Assembly: GCA_963731325.1 (NCBI GenBank)
Contig: CAVSUL010000009.1
Span: 3,240-67,239, forward strand
Direction of reading: 5' to 3'
DNA: 64,000 nt
Source of the DNA: an uncultured Verrucomicrobiae bacterium
Lineage (GTDB): Bacteria > Verrucomicrobiota > Verrucomicrobiia > Chthoniobacterales > JAFAMB01
Positions within the stretch are counted from its first letter, which is position 1, and the number at the start of each line of letters is the position of its first letter. The notes below the pieces were generated by a model, which saw only the letters and a program-made list of their open reading frames with translations, was not told the DNA's origin and searched no databases. Below, in pieces: positions 1 through 7,811 of this stretch. A program made the position numbers and the translations under genes.

Positions 1-371
1 GCGCGCGTCTCTTCCGCCATTTTTCGCCAGTCCACGAAAACGCCTGGACCGGGTTCGCGCCCGATGAACACGTTCTCGGCGATCGTCATGTTAGGCGCCA
101 GCGTGAATTCCTGGTAGATAGTGACAATGCCGCGGCGCTGGGCGTCGTGTGGTGAGGTCATCGTCGCCCTCTGTCCGCCGAATTCGATAGTGCCGCTGTC
201 TGGTTGCTCCGCGCCAGAAAGAATCTTTAGGAGCGTCGATTTACCGGCTCCGTTCTCGCCGAGCAGCGCGTGGACTTCGCCCGGTAGCACTTCTAGGTCG
301 ACATTATTGAGCGCCTGAACGCCAGGAAATCGCTTGTCGATCAAGGTCATCCGCAGCAGGGGTTCGGTCAT
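1..371 (-). CDS. Sugar (ribose/galactoside-type) ABC transporter ATP-binding protein, N-terminal part; the 3' end runs off the window
   Basis: My reverse-strand translation from the ATG at 369-371 gives MTEPLLRMTLIDKRFPGVQALNNVDLEVLPGEVHALLGENGAGKSTLLKILSG. It has a Walker A motif (GENGAGKST) and a CUT2-type N-terminus. It lies just downstream of the binding-protein gene. Confidence 0.9.
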   Translation of the reverse strand, partial: MTEPLLRMTLIDKRFPGVQALNNVDLEVLPGEVHALLGENGAGKSTLLKILSGAEQPDSGTIEFGGQRATMTSPHDAQRRGIVTIYQEFTLAPNMTIAENVFIGREPGPGVFVDWRKMAEETR

Positions 372-474
372 TCAATTGCAGCGAGCAGCTGATCAAAAGG
401 AGGTGCAGGCAGAACTCGTCCGGCTGCACCAGAATCACGACGAGCGTCTCCGCTCCGTGCCTGAAACCCGAGGC

Positions 475-1434
475 CTATTTCACCTCGTTCAGCCGCTCGG
501 CCTGATTGAGGTTGTCCTTAGTGATAGCAATCGGAGTGAGCAATATCACTTGCTGGTCCGGCTTCTTGCCCTCGCGGAGAAACGCTACCAAAGTCTGTAG
601 CGCACCGCGCACCTGGCCACCGGGCAACTGCTCGATAGTGGCCGTAAGATTGCCGGCCTTGATCTGCCCAAGCGCCTCGGGCAGAGCGTCGAAGCCGATC
701 AGCTTCACTTTGCCGAGGAGGTTACGGGCCTTCAGGGCTTCCAGTGCGCCAAGCGCCATGTCGTCGTTTGCGGCGACGATCACATCCGGTGGTTTCGGCA
801 TGCCCGCGAGAGCGGACTCAGTCATGGCCAAGCCCTTCGAGCGATCGAAACCGGCCGTATCTTCGAAAACGATTTTGTATTTGTCCTTGGCCTGATCGAG
901 GACATTATGCAGCCCCTTATTGCGGTCGATGGCCGGGCTCGCACCGGACTGGCCCTGGAGGTTCATGACATTGGCGCCGTTCGGAAAGAGCTTTTCGACA
1001 AGCTGGCCTTGGGCTTCGCCGCCCTTAACGTTGTCGGCGCCGACATGGGCGAGGATTCCGGGAACCTTGTCGACCCGGCGGTCGATCGTAACGACCGGAA
1101 TCTTTGCATCGACCGCTTCCTGAATCGCGGCCGCCAGAGCATCGACGTCGTTCGGATCGACAACCATACCGTTGACCCCTTTGGTGATCGCCGCCTCAAT
1201 GTCCGCAGTCTCCTTGGGCGAACTGCGCTGGCCGTCCGCTATGATAAGGTCGATGTCGCCGGTCTTGGCTGCTTCGTCTTGGATTTGGTTCGCCATGTGC
1301 GCGAAAAACGGAAATGCCAAATCGGGTATGGCCACCAAAATGGTCAGATGCTTTGCTGCTGCCTGCGCGGGACCCAGCGCGGAGAACGCCAAACCAAGAG
1401 TCGCCACGAGCCTGATTTTGCTTAAGTATTTCAT
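475..1434 (-). CDS. Periplasmic sugar-binding protein of an ABC transporter (RbsB-like, PBP type I)
   Basis: 319-aa ORF with a signal peptide (ALGPAQAAA). The Peripla_BP-like sequence reads IPVVTIDRRV...VGADNVKGGE...ANDDMALGALEAL. Confidence 0.85.
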   Translation of the reverse strand: MKYLSKIRLVATLGLAFSALGPAQAAAKHLTILVAIPDLAFPFFAHMANQIQDEAAKTGDIDLIIADGQRSSPKETADIEAAITKGVNGMVVDPNDVDALAAAIQEAVDAKIPVVTIDRRVDKVPGILAHVGADNVKGGEAQGQLVEKLFPNGANVMNLQGQSGASPAIDRNKGLHNVLDQAKDKYKIVFEDTAGFDRSKGLAMTESALAGMPKPPDVIVAANDDMALGALEALKARNLLGKVKLIGFDALPEALGQIKAGNLTATIEQLPGGQVRGALQTLVAFLREGKKPDQQVILLTPIAITKDNLNQAERLNEVK

Positions 1435-1942
1435 AGATTTTTTTTATCGCTGATCCCCTGCTGGGGGATTGGGGGGATTGGGGGGGGAACGCGTCGACTA
1501 GAATGCACGCGACGCTCATCATCGGTCAAGAGCTAATGCCGCACGCTGTCGGCAGCCTCCCCAATGGAATCACGCCCTGGTTCATGGTTCCAGCCTGCCT
1601 TCTCGCGCAATTCGCCGGGCTTTCATCTGCTGGTCATGTGCTTGCCCCGAACGCAGGATCTATAGGAATCGGGGGACCATCTTTTTTCTCTCAACGATGC
1701 GCTCATCGGCCGCATAATATGCCTTCCCAAAAGCCCGATCGATTTTCAGACGGCAACGGGCCATAAAAAGGTTGTCTCTCCAGGAGATGATCCTGGCAAA
1801 GAGGTTGGACATCTCGCCTGGAAGACTCTGACTACGAGATGCGTAGTGGTCTCTCCCACTTACCGCGTATCACTGCACTGGGAGTTCATGTTCACCCGGT
1901 CGCGTTATCAAACGTCCGACTTGGGAGAACAGGGTCGCCTGC

Positions 1943-3025
1943 TCAAGCCCGCTCATCCTGGATTGGTTTTTTCACGCTACGACTGCGCCAGAAACGGCCT
2001 CCTTCGACCAGTTGCCAAGTGAGGAGTCCGGGCAGTCCGATAATCAGCTCCCGCACTCGACGGATCAAAGCCAGCGCGAACGCGGTGTCTCCCGGAATAC
2101 CGAGGAGTCCGCCGACCACCACGTAACCGCCTTCCCGTATCCCGAGAGCGCCTGGAATAAAGCACAACATGGTCTGTACTCCCTGACCAACACTTTCGAG
2201 AATGAGGGCCTTATTGAAGCCAACGTGGAGTCCCAGCGCGTAACAGGCAATCCAGACTTCCACGGCACCCATCACAAATGAAATCAGGGTGACCAGACAG
2301 GACGTCGCCAGCGCGGGCGCGTTTCCGTAGATCTGGAGGAGCCTTCGATCTACCTCTCCTCCTTTACCGACGAAAGCCCGCCACTTGGAATCGCTGGACC
2401 AGCGCGTTACGATCGTCCCGAACAGGCGAAAGAGGCCAAGCCGTTGGAGCGCATAAAAACCGCCGACGGCGCCAATCGCCACCGGGGCGCCCGCCAATGT
2501 TGGCCAGAGCAGGTTTGTTCGTCCGATCGCCGCGAGAAGAAGCGTCAACCCCAAAAGTGTAAAGAAGGTCTGCATCAGCACGCTGACCGTGATATCAACG
2601 AGTACTGTGGCGGTGGCGACCGGGATCGTAACACCACAGAAAACCGCTAGCCTGGCCCGAACAAGATCACCGCCGACCTGAGCCGCCGGAACCAGGTTGC
2701 TAACCGACTCTCCCAGCCAACGGACCCCATACAGAACTGGCAGCCGCATCCGATCTTCCTTCGGAAAGAGGATCCACCATTCAAAGGTGTCCAGAAAAAG
2801 CGGCAACAAATGAAAAACGGCAATGACCGCCAACCACCAACCCGCGGTGCCCAGGGCGCGAAGAACATCCTGTGCACCCTCCCGGATCAATAGAATCGTG
2901 AAGAGCAGCGCTCCTGCAAAACCAAGCAGATAAACCGTCGCTTTTACTCCACCAAGTTTGCCACGTGCGGGCCGGCCAGCGTGATCCCGCTGATCATTCA
3001 CGCGCTGCTCTTCAAAATGAAGCAT
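1943..3025 (-). CDS. Lysylphosphatidylglycerol-synthase TM-region / flippase-like (UPF0104) membrane protein
   Basis: Polytopic membrane ORF with a family-typical C-terminal region (IPGALGIREGGYVVVGGLLGIP). The longest ORF starts at a TTG at 3085; the first ATG (MLHFEE) is at 3025. Confidence 0.65.
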   Translation of the reverse strand: MLHFEEQRVNDQRDHAGRPARGKLGGVKATVYLLGFAGALLFTILLIREGAQDVLRALGTAGWWLAVIAVFHLLPLFLDTFEWWILFPKEDRMRLPVLYGVRWLGESVSNLVPAAQVGGDLVRARLAVFCGVTIPVATATVLVDITVSVLMQTFFTLLGLTLLLAAIGRTNLLWPTLAGAPVAIGAVGGFYALQRLGLFRLFGTIVTRWSSDSKWRAFVGKGGEVDRRLLQIYGNAPALATSCLVTLISFVMGAVEVWIACYALGLHVGFNKALILESVGQGVQTMLCFIPGALGIREGGYVVVGGLLGIPGDTAFALALIRRVRELIIGLPGLLTWQLVEGGRFWRSRSVKKPIQDERA

Positions 3026-3190
3026 ATCCTCGATCTGAATACCGGCGGTCAAACAACCTGAAGTTTGTTCGCCCGGCAACCGCAATCGTTATCCGGGAGG
3101 GCGGTCAACCGGCGGGGCCTAGAGAAATCCCTCAGGAAATCGAGTTCGATCCTCGTACCGGCTCGCCTTCTCCGAAGGAAAGAATTTTAA

Positions 3191-3664
3191 CTAGCGCTCC
3201 GGCGCAAGGAACTTCTGTAGCCGGGAATCCAGCGGGAAGTCGAATGGCCCCGCCACCCATTCTAGCGAGAAATCCGGATGCGCCGGATTGAGCAGGCAGT
3301 TCGCCTCCTGTGGAACGATCGCGCTGGGAACCAGAAGTCCCACCGATCTGTTCGATTGCAGCCATTTGGTGCCGGCGTCCCGGCTTGTGGCGGAGGGAGG
3401 GCGCAGGTTCCAATCTTTCGGAACAGGGGATAACGTTTCGATCAAATCATCTGGAACGTCTGCCGCGAACAGGGACAAGGATTTCGTAAGCAGCTGCCGT
3501 GAATGAACAAAGATTTCCAAGAGCGCCAGGGACGGCGTCGTCGCGGTATAAACGATCAAAACACCGGCGTTATTCCAGCGGCCGGCGTATCGGAGTCCTC
3601 CCTTACCGTTAAACGCCAGTTCCCGAGTCGCGTACTTTGGTTGAGCAAAGCGATATAGGATCAC
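3191..3664 (-). CDS. RES-domain toxin (NAD+-targeting RES family, ParT/MbcT-like)
   Basis: 157 aa with a GTG start. The RES-domain pattern is present: RYAGRWNNAGVLIVYTATTPSLALLEIFVH ... SVGLLVPSAIVPQEANCLLNP. It sits 30 nt downstream of the Xre/DUF2384 gene. Confidence 0.85.
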   Translation of the reverse strand: MILYRFAQPKYATRELAFNGKGGLRYAGRWNNAGVLIVYTATTPSLALLEIFVHSRQLLTKSLSLFAADVPDDLIETLSPVPKDWNLRPPSATSRDAGTKWLQSNRSVGLLVPSAIVPQEANCLLNPAHPDFSLEWVAGPFDFPLDSRLQKFLAPER

Positions 3665-3694
3665 GATTGCGGCAGATCCTCAGACGACTCCAGC

Positions 3695-4153
3695 TCAGTA
3701 ATATTGGCCCGACTCGATTGATCCGAGCAAATTGAACACTTCGCGGGTGCCCACCTCTGTGTCCAGCATGTCGAGCGGTTTGATGCCGCCGAATCCGTAG
3801 GCGGGCTGAGTCATCCAGTCGGCGGCTTCCTGTTCGCTGCCGAGGACTTCGCAGGCTTTCTCAAATACTTTCTCCAAGCGGACCAGGCGATCCGTTTCCA
3901 GCGGGGTGAGACGATCCTTTCGGCCCCGAATTGTCCGAGCCGACAGTCCCACGGCATGGACAAGTTGCTCCCGGCTAACCCGAAGTTTGTCCGCCAATTC
4001 CGCGACCGATCCTTTCGAGTATCCTTTGCGGATGAGTCCCACTGCTTGGGCAAAGTTGTCGCTTGGATGATTTGCCGGGCGTGCGGAAGCTTTTTTTTGT
4101 GCCCTTTCCTGGGCCTGAGTTTTCATTACCAATAGCATACACTGCCGGTTCAA
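3695..4153 (-). CDS. Xre/MbcA/ParS-type antitoxin (DUF2384 toxin-binding domain)
   Basis: The C-terminus AADWMTQPAYGFGGIKPLDMLDTEVGTREVFNLLGSIESGQYY is the typical DUF2384 signature. An HTH-like region lies upstream. An alternative ATG is at 4126. Confidence 0.85.
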   Translation of the reverse strand: MNRQCMLLVMKTQAQERAQKKASARPANHPSDNFAQAVGLIRKGYSKGSVAELADKLRVSREQLVHAVGLSARTIRGRKDRLTPLETDRLVRLEKVFEKACEVLGSEQEAADWMTQPAYGFGGIKPLDMLDTEVGTREVFNLLGSIESGQYY

Positions 4154-4298
4154 AACGGCAAGTTCGCCGTTCGGCGGAATCGCGTTTTGGGTAGTTCCGA
4201 TGAACCGGAATCGGTCGATCGAGATATAACCTTGATTCCTGAATCTGAACGCCCCACATTTGCAGGATCGTCATTGATCCCAGAGGAGGCGATATTCT

Positions 4299-4763
4299 AT
4301 GAGCCTGACAGTAACGAAAGTTGATGTTTGGGCCGCCCAAATCGAAGACAAGCCCGGCGGCCTTGCCAAACTTCTAGGAGCACTTGCCGGCGCCGGTGCC
4401 AACCTGGAATGCGTGGTTGCCCGGCGCGACTCCGCGAAGCCTGGTCAAGGAGTTGCTTTTCTGACACCGGTCAAAGGTGCGAATGTCCGAAAGGCTGGGA
4501 AAGCAGAAGGCCTCGTATCTCCCGAAAAGTTAGCGACATTGAAAGTAGAGGGTAACGATGAGCCTGGGCTCGGGTCTCGGATCACGTCAGCCATTGCGGA
4601 TTCCGGAGTAAACTTACGAGGCGTCTCCGGCACCGTTATCGGCCGGAAGTTTGTGGTCTACCTTGGCTTTGATGGAAAAGCGGATGCAGATAAGGCTGCT
4701 CGCGTTTTGAGAGGTTTGACTAGCAGAAAGACGTCGGGAAAAGCGAAGCGGAAAACGGCTTAA
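4299..4763 (+). CDS. ACT-domain (amino-acid-binding) protein
   Basis: 154 aa with two ACT-like halves (VWAAQIEDKPGGLAKLLGALAGAGANLE and EPGLGSRITSAIADSGVNLRG) and a basic tail. Confidence 0.6.
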   Translation: MSLTVTKVDVWAAQIEDKPGGLAKLLGALAGAGANLECVVARRDSAKPGQGVAFLTPVKGANVRKAGKAEGLVSPEKLATLKVEGNDEPGLGSRITSAIADSGVNLRGVSGTVIGRKFVVYLGFDGKADADKAARVLRGLTSRKTSGKAKRKTA

Positions 4764-4890
4764 CCGGCAAAACGGGTGTCAAGTGCTAGGCCACACCGAG
4801 GACTGCTCGTTCTTCGCTAAAGCACAAATAAACAGACTGTCTCGCAAACGCGATTTTGCGCTACCGGATGGCCAATTCGTCCGGGTGCGC

Positions 4891-5050
4891 CGTGGAGTGC
4901 GCGCGACTTGTCGCTTTAGGATTCGCGCTGAGCGCGACCTAGACCGAGGGCAAATCCACAAGGCGCGGAATTCGCCGGCGAAAAGATGCACACTGTTTGT
5001 AGCCGCGCTCCGTTCGGCCGCAAAGCGGCGACAAGTCGCACGCACTCCAC
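4891..5050. repeat. Family A nested-palindrome intergenic repeat, copy 1 (~160 bp)
   Basis: The left arm GGAGTGCGCGCGACTTGTCGC pairs with the right arm GCGACAAGTCGCACGCACTCC. An inner inverted pair is GCGCTGAGCGCGAC / GCGCTCCGTTCGGC. It is homologous to 21352-21499 and 56031-56188. Confidence 0.9.
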
Positions 5051-5260
5051 GGGCAGTCGTGTCGTTGTGGTCGTTGGTGTTGCGGATGGGAGGGCGTCAA
5101 TCCAATGCCGAGTAACCCAAAGAACGACGGCCCGCGATGAGCTTTCCCAGCTCAGCGCGATCCCGCCCAGTCAGCGCGCACCCCATCGTGCGTTACTTCA
5201 GCAGCCGCGAAAATTTAGAACCGTGGCCGGTCGCCCCATCATCGTTATAGACTGCACGGT

Positions 5261-6181
5261 ATGTTGAGTTTTATAGCACGCCGGCTGGCCGGCCTTGTGT
5301 TAATCCTCTTCTTTGTTGTCACGATTACCTTCTTTTTAATCCGCTTAATGCCGGGTGGACCTTTCGATCGCGAAAGGAAACTTCCCGAGAACATCGAAAA
5401 ACAGTTACTCGCGAGATACAAACTCGATGGACCGTTGTGGTCTCAGTATACCGATTATTTGCGAGATCTGTTGCACGGGGATCTCCGGCTTTCCACCAAG
5501 TATCGCGATCGAACGGTAAACGAGATTTTGGGACAGGCTTTGCCGGTCTCAGCGACTCTGGGAGCGATTGCTTTCGCGATCGCGACAGTCGGCGGCATTC
5601 TTGCCGGCTCGCTGGCGGGGGCCTGGCCGCATCACTGGGTTGACCGGCTGACCATGTTTTTCGCGCTTGTTTTTATCTCCCTGCCAACCTTTGTCATTGG
5701 CCCGCTACTGGTCTTCGTTTTCGCCATCAGCCTGCCTCTCTTGCCAGTTGGCGGCTGGGGTAGCCTGCAGAGCTTGATTCTGCCGTCCATCACCTTGGCG
5801 GCGCCGTACCTCGCCTACATCGCGCGTCTGACCCGAGCCAGCATGCTGGAAGTAATGAACCAGGATTTCATCCGGACCGCACGAGCCAAAGGTTTGTCTG
5901 AGTTCAAGGTCATCTTTAAACACGCGCTCCGGGTCGGTATTCTTCCGGTAGTATCTTTTCTGGGGCCGCTTGCGGCCAATCTCCTCACTGGTTCGATCAT
6001 CGTCGAAAGTATTTTCAGTATCCCTGGAGCAGGCGGATTTTTTGTGAACTCGGTGTTGAACCGGGACGGATTCCTTCTGGCCGGCGTAGTGATCGTTTAC
6101 TGCGCACTGCTGGTTCTCTTTAATTTGCTGGTCGACGTGCTCTACGGGTTCCTGGATCGCCGGATCGTGCTTTATGAGTAA
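5261..6181 (+). CDS. Oligopeptide/dipeptide ABC transporter permease (OppB/DppB-like)
   Basis: 306 aa. The N-terminus is the family-typical MLSFIARRLAGLVLILFFVVTITFFLIRLMPGGP. An EAA-loop region is present (IRTARAKGLSE). Confidence 0.9.
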   Translation: MLSFIARRLAGLVLILFFVVTITFFLIRLMPGGPFDRERKLPENIEKQLLARYKLDGPLWSQYTDYLRDLLHGDLRLSTKYRDRTVNEILGQALPVSATLGAIAFAIATVGGILAGSLAGAWPHHWVDRLTMFFALVFISLPTFVIGPLLVFVFAISLPLLPVGGWGSLQSLILPSITLAAPYLAYIARLTRASMLEVMNQDFIRTARAKGLSEFKVIFKHALRVGILPVVSFLGPLAANLLTGSIIVESIFSIPGAGGFFVNSVLNRDGFLLAGVVIVYCALLVLFNLLVDVLYGFLDRRIVLYE

Positions 6182-7121
6182 ATCGACTGCTTCGCTGATC
6201 CCAGGCCTGGAAGGCAGTTCTTCACGCAGAATTGGTTCGGCCGGCGCGAGGCTATTTCGAAATGCTCCAATGTTGATTTCGGCGGGCATTCTTTTTTTTA
6301 TTGGATGCGCCGCGGTGCTTGGCCCGGCGCTGCTGCCGGGCTCGGCCAATGAGGTCTCTTCCCAGAGTTTCCTGCCACCGTCGGCCGGGCACTGGTTCGG
6401 GACCGATCTCAACGGACGCGATCTTTTCTACCGGGTATTGATTGGAGCGCGGATCTCGTTACTGGTGGGTGTTTTCGGCGCGGTGGTGAGCTTTAGTTTC
6501 GGCATCACCTACGGACTGGTGTCCGGATACTCCGGAGGGCGCACCGATACCTTGATGATGAGGTTGGTCGATGGTCTTTATGCGATCCCGCGCTTGATCT
6601 TTCTTTTAGTACTCATCAGCGCGCTCGACCCGATCTTGCGAACCGCGCTGGCTCAGCTCGGTTTTCCCAAGCTGATCGGATACTCCAAGGTGATTATCCT
6701 GATCCTGTGCCTCGGTCTGACCGAATGGCTCACGATGGCGCGAATCGTCCGGGGACAGGTGCTCAGCCTGAAGTCTCAGCAATTCGTTCTGGCCGCTCGC
6801 AGCCTCGGCCAGACCCATCTACGCATTATCTTCCTGCACTTGCTACCCAACCTGGTCGGGGTTGCGATTGTTTACCTCACGCTGACGGTACCGGCTGTTA
6901 TCCTTGATGAATCCTTCTTGAGCTTTCTCGGAGTGGGTATTCAAGCACCTCTAGCCAGCTGGGGCCTGCTCCTCAGCGACGGCGCGCAAGTGATCAACCC
7001 GATCAAAGGCTACTGGTGGTTACTGGTTTTCCCGGCAGTGGCCATGTCCCTGACACTTCTCGCCCTGAATTTTCTCGGCGACGGTTTGCGTGACGCGTTT
7101 GACCCGCGACGACAGCGGTGA
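6174..7121 (+). CDS. Oligopeptide/dipeptide ABC transporter permease (OppC/DppC-like)
   Basis: 315 aa, overlapping the OppB-like stop by 8 nt. The sequence includes HWFGTDLNGRDLFYRVLIGARISL and ends LGDGLRDAFDPR. Confidence 0.9.
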   Translation: MSKSTASLIPGLEGSSSRRIGSAGARLFRNAPMLISAGILFFIGCAAVLGPALLPGSANEVSSQSFLPPSAGHWFGTDLNGRDLFYRVLIGARISLLVGVFGAVVSFSFGITYGLVSGYSGGRTDTLMMRLVDGLYAIPRLIFLLVLISALDPILRTALAQLGFPKLIGYSKVIILILCLGLTEWLTMARIVRGQVLSLKSQQFVLAARSLGQTHLRIIFLHLLPNLVGVAIVYLTLTVPAVILDESFLSFLGVGIQAPLASWGLLLSDGAQVINPIKGYWWLLVFPAVAMSLTLLALNFLGDGLRDAFDPRRQR

Positions 7122-7133
7122 GAGGGGGCGAAT

Positions 7134-7172
7134 GGCGAGTGAGAGGCGAGTGGCGAGTGGCGAGCGGCGAGT
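7134..7172. repeat. Tandem heptamer array (GGCGAGT)n, left member of an inverted pair
   Basis: The sequence reads ggcgagtgagaggcgagtggcgagtggcgagcggcgagt. It is the reverse complement of the array at 7711-7750. Confidence 0.9.
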
Positions 7173-7219
7173 TGAGGTGTCTTCGATCTGGCGGACGGGT
7201 ATAAGCTCAGGGTGGAGCC

Positions 7220-7587
7220 GTGGAAAAGAACGATCAGAAACCAAGGAGTAAATATGGACGGCGTTTCGACGAAGAATTTAAGCGTGACGCCGTTAGTATG
7301 TTGGAATCTCGGGTCCGAACAGCCGAGCAATTGGCCGGAGAACCGGGACTATCAGCCTGGAGCTTGAAACGCTGGGCAAAGCTTTATGCTCAGGATTCGG
7401 CGGCCTTGGTGCTGGAAAACGCGCGGTCGCGTCGGGAGCTGGAAACCGTCAGCCGACAGCCAGGAATCGCCGCATCCTACGAAGTGATCACCAAGATGAA
7501 AACCGAACAATCCTGCTACAGCGTCGCCGAAATGGGCCTGGCTCTGGGAGTCAGCCGCAGCGGCCTGTACGATCACATGGGCTCAAA
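7220..7587 (+). pseudogene. IS3-family transposase remnant (orfA plus the first ~25 aa of orfB)
   Basis: RRFDEEFKRDAVSMLESRVRTAEQLAGEPGLSAWSLKRWAKLY is the orfA HTH. YSVAEMGLALGVSRSGLYDHMG is the orfB N-terminal HTH_21-like start. The reading frame then breaks. Confidence 0.75.
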
Positions 7588-7710
7588 GGTTTTCCGGAAG
7601 CCATTACGGCTGTTTTCCCGCAGACCCAGATTCAGACCTGCAGTGTGCATCTGATCCGTAACTCGCTGTCGTTCTGCAACTGGAAACAGCGTCAGCCGGT
7701 GGCCCGGGAG
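7588..7710 (+). pseudogene. IS256-family (mutator-type) transposase fragment, ~41 codons
   Basis: My translation in another frame gives GFPEAITAVFPQTQIQTCSVHLIRNSLSFCNWKQRQPVARE. This matches the conserved IS256 core motif (FPxxxxQxCxVHxxRN). No remainder of the gene is present. Confidence 0.75.
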
Positions 7711-7750
7711 CACTCGTCACTCGCCACTCGCCACTCGCCACTCGCCGCTC
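7711..7750. repeat. Tandem heptamer array (CACTCGC)n, right member of the inverted pair
   Basis: The sequence reads cactcgtcactcgccactcgccactcgccactcgccgctc. Confidence 0.9.
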
Positions 7751-7811
7751 TCAAAAGAACGCGTGACAAAATCCCGGCCAGACCGTTAGTTGGCCGCAAT
7801 TCAGGCGCTCG

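Noticed and set aside
1660-1812. 50-codon minus-strand ORF (MSNLFARIISWRDNLFMARCRLKIDRAFGKAYYAADERIVERKKMVPRFL) in the 500-nt gap between the sugar-binding-protein gene and the UPF0104 gene.
   Set aside because: I recognise no family, it has no clear ribosome-binding site, and it is too short to call from sequence alone. It may deserve a homology search but is not reported as a feature.
4779-5115. Mirror-image ORFs of 88 and 110 aa (peptides RATCRRF..., RRQVARTPR). Similar ORFs occur at 21317-21817, 21321-21596, 55909-56229, 56009-56287 and at the 5' part of 56037-56810.
   Set aside because: They are generated by the family A palindromic repeat read on both strands. The peptides are Arg/Cys-rich, have no start context and occur in the same form at each repeat copy. 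I treat them as non-coding repeat DNA.
7655-7811. Possible SAM (S-box) riboswitch upstream of the yitJ-type gene, as seen in Firmicutes.
   Set aside because: The interval is occupied by the IS256 fragment and the heptamer array. I could not find the conserved SAM-I core segments. An Infernal scan would be the decisive test.
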